A program made the position numbers and the translations under genes. Below the pieces are notes generated by a model that searched no databases, was not told the origin of the DNA, and saw only the letters and a list, made by a program, of their open reading frames with translations. 64,000 nucleotides of DNA from Chiloscyllium plagiosum (Eukaryota), in the NCBI RefSeq assembly GCF_004010195.1, contig NC_057753.1, positions 8,910,806-8,974,805 on the forward strand, in the 5' to 3' direction. This document shows, one piece after another, positions 26,201-37,462 of this stretch (position 1 is its first letter; each line of letters begins with the position of its first letter).

Positions 26201-26570
26201 TTCCCGTATAACGGCGCACTGTTCTGCACCTCGCCTCCTCATCTGCTTCCCAAAACACTTCGACATAAATATTTCACATTGATATACTGGCCCAATGTGC
26301 ACAGTTGAGATGACACACTCGTGGAGGTCTGCGGGGTCTTCTCCTGTTCTCTGTTGAGGAGGACAATGCTTGTCACTGGTCACTCAGGTGTCAGAGAAAA
26401 GTTTAGAAACAAAACGGCTTAATTTTCTGCCAGTAGAGAGGGGCCGGTTCCTGGAGATGGAACAAATGACAGCAGGGAGACAGAATGAGAAGCAGCTGTT
26501 CTGGAAATTCTTTGCCTGACCCCATTCAAAACAGACAACTTCACAACTGGAGGGAGAACAGCAAACAGAC

Positions 26571-26644
26571 CGCCCCGGGGCGGGCTTGAAACATCAAACT
26601 TTAAATTAACAGCCGAACGTGCTGACCAATTGCGCCACAGAGGC
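26571..26644 (-). pseudogene. tRNA-Asn(GTT) pseudogene
   Basis: 5' half matches Asn; 3' half degraded. Confidence 0.8.
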
Positions 26645-27167
26645 AAGGAACCACGCCTCCTTCCCCATCGCTTAGGGGAGGCTATGAGTGAATTCATAAT
26701 TCAGCTTGCCCATCCGAGAATTACAATTGGCGTCTATCAGTTTTCCTTTTCCTTGATAAAGCCACCATGCTGCAGAGTTCTGACGTTAACACGGACATGC
26801 GCAGCAATGGAAACACTCACAACGTGAACAACCAAAGATAATCACCGTCACTGATTCCCTTCCACAGGCCCAATTTTGTGAAGCAGTATCTTTCACTGGC
26901 AAAGGAAACACCCTTGTCCACAGGTACCTGCTTCATTTCGATCACGATTTCATGCCCCTCACTGTTCTAGTCTCATTTCCAAACACTTTGCTCACAGCCT
27001 CAAAAGAAGTTCTGCGGGTATCTGCTTGTTCCACCCAAACAGGCAGTGGGTTGCCGATTCCCACCAGTCCCAATGTGAGTGAAATTCTTTTCCCCCTCCA
27101 CTGATTTGAATCTTGAAGAAGAAGCCGGGGAGCAAGCTCCCTTTCTTTTCGACGACATTTCTCATTT

Positions 27168-27481
27168 ATGGGCGGCACGGTGGCACAGTGGTTAGCACTA
27201 CTGCCTCACAGCGCCAGAGACCCGCGTTCAATTCCCGCCTCAGGCGACTGACTGTGTGGAGTTTGCACGTTCTCCCCGTGTCTGTGTGGGTTTCCTCCGG
27301 GTGCTCCGGTTTCCTCCCACAGTCCAAAGATGTGCAGGTCAGGTGAATTGGCCAAGCTAAATTGCCCGTAGTGTTAGGTAAGGGGTAAATGTAGGGGTAT
27401 GGGTGGGTTGCGCTTCGGCGGGGCGGTGTGGACTTGTTGGGCCGAAGGGCCTGTTTCCACACTGTAAGTAATCTAATCAAA
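27168..27481 (+). mobile_element. Full-length young HE1-like V-SINE with TCATTT target-site duplication
   Basis: tRNA-like head GGCGGCACGGTGGCACAGTGGTTAGC, V domain TGTGTGGAGTTTGCAC, and (TAATC)n tail. TSD at 27162-27167 and 27482-27487. Absent from the paralogous sites at 30861 and 34186. Confidence 0.9.
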
Positions 27482-27487
27482 TCATTT

Positions 27488-27569
27488 TGTAGTCGGCAGG
27501 GTTCACACCTACGTGGGGAAACCGCAATGGATTTCAAGTCCATCGCATTAACCACTCGGCCCACAAAAA
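27488..27569 (-). pseudogene. tRNA-Ser(TGA) pseudogene
   Basis: rc GCCGAGTGGTTAATGCGATGGACTTGAAATCCATTGCGG...GCCGACTACA. The 5' acceptor strand is eroded and TTCGA has become TGTGA. Confidence 0.85.
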
Positions 27570-28035
27570 GAGAACCACACTGACAACTTCACTTCCCAGG
27601 TCTGTCTGCCTGTGGAGCTAAGAAAGAGTGAATCATCGCAGAGTTTGTTTGAATCGAATCACTTCACATTGTTTCGAAAGGCTTAAATATCTGCACATGG
27701 TGTTTGCAGATATTTAGGTGTTTCATCCCAAAAGATGAAATGAACTTTCAGTTAAAAACAAAACTAGAAATTGCAGGAGGAACTCAGCAGGTCAGGCAAC
27801 ATCTGTGGAAAGAGAATCAGAGACAACATTTCAGGATTCTGTTTTCTCCGACAGGGACTGTCAAACCTGCCGAGTTTCTCTTTTTGTCCCGGCTTCTCTG
27901 CATCCGCAGTCCCTTCCGTTAGACATTAATTCAATTCAGAAACCCCTTTGTGGAGAAGATTTCCGTTTGGGGAACATTTTCCTGACCCCATTAAAAGCGC
28001 ACGGCTTCGAAGCCAAGGAAGAACAGCGAACACAC

Positions 28036-28109
28036 GGCCACTGGGTGGGCCCGAAGCACCAACCCTTCGGTTAACAGCCGAACACGCTGACCAATCGCGC
28101 CACAGAGAC
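28036..28109 (-). pseudogene. tRNA-Asn(GTT), probable pseudogene
   Basis: Anticodon arm TTCGGCTGTTAACCGAA intact; acceptor and T-arm mismatches. Confidence 0.8.
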
Positions 28110-30866
28110 AGACGACAGTACGCTCTGCGCCATCGCTTAGGGGAGGCTATTAGTGAATTCATAATTCAGCCTCGCCGCCCAGAATTACAATTGTCGTCTA
28201 TCAGTTTTACTTTTCCATAATAAAGACTGGAAGATTCATTGTAGAGACACCGGGGACAGTCTGAAGACACATCCATGTCAGGAGGAACTAGATTTCTTAC
28301 TCCGGGGCCGTCGCCCTTCGAGCCTTTCACTGTTTTGCCTGTTCCCGAGTTCTCGCATTGGCTCGGAGACGAGAAGGGGCTTGAATTCCTGATGTGCAGG
28401 AACGACAATTCTGTCAATGTCTCAGATCAGTTCATGTCCCGAGAACATCAGAGTCAATCTCCCGGCCTCTTCAACAAGGGGACGGTGTCTGGACTGTCTC
28501 TACTCAGTCGGACAGTTCATCTTTCATTCTCCTCTAAATACGCTTCCCAAAGAGTTTCTAAAGATTCACAAAGCTGGAGACTGGGATTTCTGTTTTGCTT
28601 CATGAACATTTTTCCATTTCCCAACTGAGAATATTTTGCCAAAATCTCTTCATAATTGTACCCCTTCCGTCATGTCCAGGGATGAGGAATTTCCATTTTA
28701 GAGACACATTCCCAAGGCTGGGAATGTTCGCTTTGGAGCAAAGAAGGTTAACTGGAGATTTCCTGGGGCTGTTGGTAATGATGGGAGAAGAAGCGGTGGG
28801 AATGGGCAGATTAATGATCAGAAGAATCAATTGCCACTGACCAGAGTCAGTTACCAGAGGACAGGGATTGAAGTTCTTGAATGAAAAGCAGCACTTGTGA
28901 CTAATAAACACAGAGAATATTGCAGAAAGCCAACAGGTCGAGCAGCATCTGTGCAAGGGTAAACAGAGCTGACGTTGTGAGGCTGGTACGTTGTTTGTTC
29001 AGAACCCGAGTTTCCTGCATGGCAATCAATTCCCAGACATGAGAAAACGGGACTTTATTGAGACGGGTTTTGTGAAGTTTGAGCGATAATGCAACCAACA
29101 GGAAGTCATTTAAAATCGCCAGCGAAGAAAGCATAGTCAGCAGTTTACCACCCTGGGCGGGGTAGCCCCAAAGGATCTCTACGCCAACACCTTAAGTGTT
29201 CGGCCACAACTACACGCCCAAAGTTGTGGTGTAAAATTTCTCATGGAATGGTTCGAACAGGAAAGGTGAGTATTGGGCTTGTCCTGTCCGCGACATAGCC
29301 CCAACGTAGCCTGTTCCCCTGGATTTGATCAGGACAGAGGAGGTTGATGGGAGATCGAATTGAACTACACACATTGAAGAGGGATAGAGCGGGTGGGGAG
29401 GATCCATTCCCATGCGGAGAGAGATTAATAATCAGGGCCGAAAATAAGGAGCCACTTCAAGAAATTTGGGATTCATTCAGCAAAGCTAATGTAGAACTGT
29501 TCACAGAAAATTGTGATGAAAGTCTCTCGAGTCATTTTGATGAGTAGTGTTGATGATGCTAATACAATCGATAGGATGAACGTAGATTGGTAAATGTATT
29601 TGGTGACAGTTCTGTTCTCGTCCTGTGAGCGAAACCTGGATCTGAAAGAATAAAAGGGGCATTAACAACATCGATCTGAAATTGGATACGTGACAAAAAA
29701 ACAGAGCCATCATTAACAGTTGGCTTTTGAACTGGAAAAGCTTTCTCGTGAAATCAGCTTGAGGCTTGAGTTCTGCAAGGTCAAGATAATTTAAGTAAAA
29801 CACGGAAACGCTAGCCTCATTAGCAGACAGTGAAAGGATTACAAGACGCAAATTAAACATTTTCTACAAGTGATATAGTGGACTGGGAAGATAAGTATTA
29901 TAACCTGTGAACAACAAAGTTCTGGAGCACAACACTTACATTTCAAATACCGAAAACATCCAGGTCCTGATTAATCAGATTGCATTGTCATGCTTTTCTG
30001 CAAAACATCCACTTGCAATGTCCTACAAAAGAGTGACAAAACCCATCCCTGTCAGCCCAGGATAGAAAATCCGAAGGGATGAACGTTTGCTGATTTTCTG
30101 AAGATTCACAAAGCTAAGACTGGGTTTTGGTGATTGTTTCCTTTCCACTCCCAAGAGCCGCAGTGGTTGAGGCGTTGAGTTGGGGAAAGTAAAATGTGCC
30201 CGTTAGCAGCATGTGGGGCTATTTCAGCTTCCCCTCCTCTGACAGCGCTGTGACGTGACTCCGATGTTCTCAGGGACATTTGCTGATGCGAGACAGTTAA
30301 AAGATTCCCATTCCCGCAGATCGGGAATTCAAACCGTATGCCGGCTTCAGGACAATGAGAAAGCTTAATTGGGGTGTGTGAAGAAGCTGTGAGCTGTATT
30401 TCAAACAGGTAGGTGGAGTCAGATGCGTCATCCATTGCGCCCGTGACCTGTGTGTATCTGACGGCACCATGCTGCATAGTTCTGACGTTATACACATGCG
30501 CAGCAATGGGAACCTTCACAAGGTGAACAACCAAAGATAATAACCGTCACTGATTCCCTTCCACAGGCCCAACTTTGTGAAGCAGTATCTTTCACTGGCA
30601 AAGGAAACACCCTTGTCCACAGGTGCCTGCTTCATTTCGATCATGATTTCACGCCCCTCACTGTTCTAATCTCATTTCCAAACACTTTGCTCACAGCCTC
30701 AAAAGAAGTTCTGCGGGTATCTGCCTGTTCCACCCGAACAGGCAGTGGGTTGCAGATTCCCACCAGTCCCAATGTGAGTGAAATGCTTTTCCCCCTCCAC
30801 TGATTTGAATCTTAAAGAAGAAGCCGGGGAGCAAGCTCCCGTTCTTTTCGACGACATTTCTCATTT

Positions 30867-30949
30867 TGTACTCGGCAGGGTTCACGTCTGCGTGGGGAAA
30901 CCGCAATGGATTTCAAGTCCATCGCATGAACCAATCGGCCCACGAATAC
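30867..30949 (-). pseudogene. tRNA-Ser(TGA) pseudogene
   Basis: Array paralog; anticodon arm ATGGACTTGAAATCCAT intact. Confidence 0.8.
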
Positions 30950-31413
30950 AGAACCACACTGACAGCTTCACTTCCCAGGTCTGTCTGCCTGTGGAGCTAA
31001 GAAAGAGTGAATCATCGCAGAGTTTGTTTGAATCGAATCACATCACAGTGTTTCGAAAGGCTTAAATATCTGCACACGGTGTTTGCAGATATTTAGGTGT
31101 TTCATCCCAAAAGATGAAATGAACTTTCCGTTAAAAACAAAACTAGAAATTGCAGGAGGAACTCAGCAGGTCAGGCAACATCGTGGAATGAGAATCAGAG
31201 ACAATATTTTAGAATTCTGTTTTCTCCGACAGGTACTGTCAAACCTGCCGAGTTTCTCTTTTTGTCTCGGCTTCTCAGCATCCGCAGTCCCTTCCGTTAG
31301 ACATTAATTCAATTCAGAAACCCCTTTGTGGAGAAGATTTCCGTTTGGGGAACATTTTCCTGACCCCATTAAAAGCGCACGGCTTGGAAGCCAAGGAAGA
31401 ACAGCGAACACAC

Positions 31414-31487
31414 CGCCCCAGGGTGGGCTCGAACCACCAACTCTTCGGTTAATAGCCGAATGCGCTGACCAATTGCGCCACAGAGAA
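31414..31487 (-). pseudogene. tRNA-Asn body with ATT anticodon
   Basis: rc ...TTCGGCTATTAACCGAAGAGTTGGTGGTTCGAGCCCACC...; B box intact, acceptor stem mismatched. Confidence 0.8.
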
Positions 31488-34191
31488 AGGCGACAAAATG
31501 GGCTGCGCCATCGCTTAGGGGAGGCTATTAGTGAATTCATAATTCAGCCTCCCCGCCTAGAATTACAATTGCAGTCTATCAGTTTTACTTTTCCATAATA
31601 AAGCCTGGGAGATTTATTGTAGAGACACTGGGGACAGTCTGAAGACACATCCATGTCAGGAGGAACTAGATTTCTTACTCCGGGGCCGTCGCCCTTCGAG
31701 CCTTTCACTGTTTTGCCTGTTCCCGAGTTCTCGCATTGGCTCGGAGACGAGAAGGGGCTTGAATTCCTGATGTGCAGGAACGACAATTCTGTCAATGTCT
31801 CAGATCAGTTCATGTCCCGAGAACATCAGAGTCAATCTCCCGGCCTCTTCAACAAGGGGACGGTGCCTGCACTGTCTCTGCTCAGTCGGACAGTTCATCT
31901 TTCATTCTCCTCTAAATACGCTTCCCAAAGAGTTTCTCAATGTTCACAAAGCTGGAGACTGGGATTTCTGTTTTGCTTCATGAACATTTTTCCATTTCGT
32001 AACTGACAATATTTTGCCAAAACCTCTTCCCAATTGTACGCCATGATTCATTTCCAGGGATGAGGAATTTCCATTCTGGGGAGACATTCCCAAGGCTGGG
32101 AATGTTCGCTTTGGAGCAAAGAAGGTTAACTGGAGATTTCCTGGGGCTGTTGGTAATGATGGGAGAAGAAGCGGTGGGAATGGGCAGATTAATGATCAGA
32201 AGAATCAATTGCCACTGACCAGAGTCAGTTACCAGAGGACAGGAATTGAAGTTCTTGAATGAAAAGCAGCACTTGTGACTAATAAACACAGAGAATACTG
32301 CAGAAAGCCAACATGTCGAGTAGCATCTGTGGAAAGGTAAACAAAGCTGACGTTTTGAGTCTGGTACGTTGTTTGTTCAGGACTCGAGTTTCCTGCATGG
32401 CAATCAATTCCCAGACATGAGAAAGCGGGACTTTATTGAGACGGGTTTTGAGAAGTTTGAGCGATAATGTAACCAACAGGAAGTCATTTAAATTCGCCAG
32501 CGAAGAAAGCATAGTCAGCAGTTTACCACCTTTGGCGGGGGAGCCCCAAAGGATCTCTACGCCAACACCTTAAGTCTTCAGCCACAACTACACGCCCAAA
32601 GTTGTGGTGTAAAATTTCGCATGGAATTGTTCTAACAGGAGAGGTGAGCACTGGGCTTGTCTTGTCCGCGCCATAGTCCCAACGTATCCTGTTGCCCTGG
32701 ATTTGATCAGGACAGAGGAGGCTGATGGGAGATCGAACTGAACTACACACATTGATGAGAGATAGAGCGGGTGGGAAGGATCCATTCCCATGCGTAGAGA
32801 GATTAATAATCAGGGCCGAAAATAAGGAGCCACTTCAAGAAATTTGGGGTTCATTCAGCAAAGCTAATGTGGAACTGTTAACAGAAAATTGTGATGAAAG
32901 TCTCTCGAGTTATTTTGATGAGAAGTGTTGATGATGCTAATACAATCGGTAGGATGAACGTAGAATGGTAAATGTATTTGGTGACAGTTCTGTTCTAGCC
33001 CTGTGAGCGAAACCTGGATCTGAAGGACTAAAAGGGGCATTAACAACATCGATCTGAAATTGGATTCGTGACAAGAAACAGAGCCATCATTAACAGTTGG
33101 CTTTTGAACTGGAAAAGCTTTCTCGTGAAATTAGCTTGAGGCTTGAGTTATGCAAGGTCAAGATAATTTAGGTAAAATACGGAAACGCTATCCTCATTAG
33201 CAGACAGTGAAAGGATTACAAGACGCAAATTAAACAGTTTGGACAAGTGATACAGGGGTTTGGTAAGATAAGTATTATAAACTGTGAACAACAAAGTTCT
33301 GGAGCACAACACTTACATTCAAAGACCGAAAACATCCAGGTCCTGATTAATCAGATTGCATTGTGGTTCTTTTCTGCAAAACATCCACTTGCAATGTCCT
33401 ACAAAAGAGTGACAAAACCCTTCCCTCTCAGCCCAGGATAGAAAATCCGAAGGGATGAGCGTTTGCTGATTTTCTGAAGATTCACAAAGCTAAGACTGGG
33501 TTTTGGTGATTGTTTCCTTTTCATTCTCAGGAGCCGCAGTGGTTGAGGCGTTGAGTTGGGGAAAGTAAAATGTGCCTGTGAGAAGCGTGTGGGGCTATTT
33601 CAGCTTCCCTTCATCTGACAGCGCTGTGACTTGACTCCGATGTTATCAGGGACATTTATTGACGCGAGACAGTGAAAAGATTCCCATTCCCGCAGATCGG
33701 GAATTCAAACCGTATGCCGGCTTCAGGACAATGAGAAAGATTAATTGGGGTGTGTGAAGAAGCTGTGAGCTGTATTTCAAACAGGTAGGTGGAGTCAGAT
33801 GCGTCATCCATTGCGCCCCGGCCCTGTGCGTATCTAACGCCACCATGCTGCAGAGCTCTGACGTGGACATGCGCAACAATGGGTACATTTACAAGGTGAA
33901 CAAACAAAGATAATCCCCTTCAACAGGCCCAACTTTGTGAAGCAGTATCTTTCACTGGCAAAGGAAACACCCTTGTGTGCCTGCTTCATTTCGATCACGA
34001 TTTCATGCCCCTCACTGTTCTGGTCTCATTTCCAAACACTTGGCTGATAACTTCAAAAGAAGCTCTGCGGGTATCTGCTTGTTCTACCCGAACAGGCAGT
34101 GGGTTGCAGATTCCCACCACTCCACTGATTTGAGTCTTAAAGAAGAAGCCGGGGAGCAAGCTCCCATTCTTTTCGACGACATTTCTCATTT

Positions 34192-34274
34192 TGTACTCGG
34201 CAGGGTTCACACCTTCGTGGGGAAACCGCAATGGATTTCAAGTCCATCGCATTAACCACACGGCCCACGAAAAG
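34192..34274 (-). pseudogene. tRNA-Ser(TGA) pseudogene
   Basis: Array paralog. Confidence 0.8.
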
Positions 34275-34731
34275 AGAACCACACTGACAACTTCACTTCC
34301 CAGGTCTGTCTGCCTGTGGAGCTGAGAAAAAGTGAATCTTCGCAGAGTTTGTTTGAATCCAATCACTTCCCAGTGATTCGAAAGGGTTAAATATCTGCAC
34401 ATGGCGAATCTACGTGTTTCATCCCAAAAGATGAAATGAACTTTCCGTTAAAAACAAAACTAGAAATTGCAGAAGGAACTGAGAACGTCTGTCGACATCT
34501 GTGGAAAGAGAATCAGAGACAATATTTCAGAATTCTGTTTTCTCAGACAGGTACTGTCAAACCTGCCGAGTTTCTCTTTTTGTCTCGGCTTCTCAGCATC
34601 CGCAGTCCCTTACGTTAGACATCAATTCAATTCAGAAACCCCTTTGTGGAGAAGATTTCCGTTTGGGGAACATTTTCCTGACCCCATTAAAAGCGTAGAG
34701 CTTCGAAGCCAAGGAAAAGCGTCGAGCACAC

Positions 34732-34760
34732 CGCCCCTGGGTGAGTTTGAACTACCAACT
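34732..34760 (-). pseudogene. 3' fragment of tRNA-Asn, truncated by a Penelope-like sequence
   Basis: cgcccctgggtgagtttgaactaccaact lies at the expected array position, then switches abruptly to GIY-YIG-coding DNA. Confidence 0.75.
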
Positions 34761-35004
34761 TCATTCTGGACGAAGGACCGATACCCAACATGAGCAAGAC
34801 GAATGTAGTGTTCAAAATACCATGCAAGGACTGCACAAAACACTATATAGGACAAACAGGAAGACAGCTAACAATCCGCATACATGAACATGAACTAGTC
34901 ACGAAACGACACGACCAGCTATCCTTAGTAGCCACACACGCAGACCACAAGCAACATGAATTCGACTGGGACAACACTACCATTATAGGGCAAGCCAGAC
35001 AGAG
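34761..35004 (+). mobile_element. Penelope-like GIY-YIG endonuclease fragment, open frame
   Basis: NVVFKIPCKDCTKHYIGQTGRQLTIRIHEH is a PLE-type GIY-YIG motif with CxxC; CpGs retained. Confidence 0.85.
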
Positions 35005-37462
35005 GAGAAAGTGAGTCTGCAGATGCTGGAGATCAAAGTTGAAACTTTATTGCTGGAACAGCACAGCAGGTCAGGCAGCATCCAGGGANNNNNNNNNNNN
35101 NNNNNNNNNNNNNNNNNNNNNNNNNNNNNNNNNNNNNNNNNNNNNNNNNNNNNNNNNNNNNNNNNNNNNNNNNNNNNNNNNNNNTTTTGGGGAGACATTC
35201 CCAAGGTTGGGAATGTTCGCTTTGGAGCAAAGAAGGTTAACTGGAGATTTCCTGGGGCTGTTGGTAATGATGGGAGAAGAAGCGGTGGGAATGGGCAGAT
35301 TAATGATCAGAAGAACTAATTGCCACTGACCAGAGTCAGTTACCAGAGGACAGGAATTGAAGATCTTGAATGAAAAGCAGCACTTGTGACTAATAAACAC
35401 AGAGAATACTGCAGAAAGCCAACAGGTCGAGCAGCATCTGTGGAAAGGTGAACAGAGCTGTCGTTTTGAGTCCGGGACGTTGTTTGTTCAGGACTCGAGA
35501 TTCCTGCATGGCGATAAATTCCCAGACATGAGAACATTCTTTTCTTTTTCCACAAAATTGAAAGCACTATCCCACCCCCTCTCACGCCTCTATTCTCACT
35601 CCGCTCAAACTAAATCTCCCGACGGTACAGATTCAGGATCTTACAGAGACCGAAAAGTAAAAACATCAAGGCAAACACCTCTGAATTTTGGATACCTCCA
35701 CCTGAAAGTTAGTGTCTTTCCAGACATCTAGGAGTGAGTAAGTCTGATTTTGGGAAGCAAATAAAAGTGTCAATACAGGATGAACTTTCAATGCAGCTTC
35801 TTGAGAAACAACCAGACACGAAATGGTTAATATCTGGGGAGGTAGAAGTGGGGAGATGGGGGAAATGAGATATCAAGGCATTAGCACCGACACCAGACAG
35901 AAACTGAATATACAGGCATGGCAAACATTACGGGCAAGCCAGAGTCATAGAGATACACAGCACAAAAACAGGTCCTTCAGCCCAAATCATCCGTGCCGAC
36001 CAGATAGCCTAAAGTAATCTCGTCTCATTTACCAGCACTTGACCCATATCCCTCTGAACTCTTCCTATTCATATACCCATCCAGATGCCTTTTAAATGTT
36101 ATAATTGGACCTACATCCACCACTTCCTCCGGCAGACTATTACTTACACTTGCCTCCCTCACCCCAAACATATTACCCCCCTGTTATGGACTTCTCCCAT
36201 CCCAGGGAAATGACGTTGTCTATTTACCCTATCCAAGCTTCTCATGACACTATAAATGTCTGCAAGGTCACCTCCTCAGCCTCTGGTATACCGGGGAAAA
36301 CAGCTCAAGCACTGCGTTTACTTTTGGGTTCACATTCACTGAACCTTCCTCCCATGTAAAACATTGTTTCCCTCCCCAACACTGTCCAGGGAAAAGCAAG
36401 GAGTTTGGAGGGTTGGGGGAATGCCAATTAGAATTCCTACAATGTGGAACACGCCATTCTGCCCAACAAGTCAACATTGACCATCCAAAGTGTAACCCAT
36501 GCAGACACATTCCCCTATCCCATTACTCGACATTAACTGTACACTGTGGGCCCATTTCGTATGGCCACTTCAGCCAAAACTGCACGTTGTTAGATTTTGA
36601 GAGGAAACCCACGCAGACACGGCAGGGAGAATGTGAAAACTCCGCACAGACAGTCGCCCCAAGGCTGGAATCGAACGCGGATTTTTGGTGCTGTAATACA
36701 GCAATGCTAACCACTAATCCATCGTGCTACCTCCGTGCACAAAAAGAGGTGGGGATTGGGAACTTTGTTAATTGTATCACATAGTGGATTGTTGAGTAAG
36801 GTTAAATTTCACGGGATCCAGGGAGAGCGAACCAACTGGGTACAAAATCTAGAAGCGCATTGTTGTAGATACTGGAATCCTTCCTGAAAACAACAATGCT
36901 GGAGATCACAGTGGGTCAGGCAGCGCTGTGCTACACTATGACTGGATAGTGTGGATGTGGAGATGATGTTTCCACTAGAAGAAGGGTTGAAGATGCCAAG
37001 TCATTGAGAGCATTTAAGACAGAGATAGATTCTTGATTAGGAAGGGGTCAAGGGTTATGCGGAGAGGGCAGCAGAATGGGATGGAGAAACATATCAGCCA
37101 TGATCGACTGGTGGAGCAGACTCGATGGGCCAAATGGCCTCATCCTGCTCCTGTGTATTATGGTCTTAAAGCTGGGCAGATGCCTTAAGGGGTTCTCACA
37201 AACTATTTCAGAATCCTGAAGAGGAATTGTTGGACTCGAAAGTTTAACTCCGCTTTTTCTCCACATATGCTTCTCGTCCTGCTGAGTTTTTCCAGTGTTC
37301 TCAGTTTTTGTTTCAGATTTCCAGCATCCACAGTTCTTTGTCTTATTTATCACAGTCATTTCTTGCCCTTCCCAAGTGTCTGGAACTTCATATCTCTGAT
37401 CTACAAACTGTACACTTACCATAGAAATGAACACTACCTCCTTATTAGAGTAGATTCCTTTG

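Larger units (their letters stand above)
26761..34760 (+). repeat. ~3.38 kb tandem array (about 2.4 units), each unit with a tRNA-Ser and a tRNA-Asn copy
   Basis: Near-identical ORFs at constant offset 3378 (28166/31544, 28275/31653, 29210/32588). Further partial units at ~26490-26760 and 35185-35533. Confidence 0.95.

Noticed and set aside
27168..27245. tRNA-like sequence with A/B boxes
   Set aside because: It is the SINE head, not a tRNA gene.
27926..32931. ORFs recurring at 3378-bp offset
   Set aside because: Recurrence reflects recent duplication. They overlap tRNA and repeat DNA and show no protein motifs.
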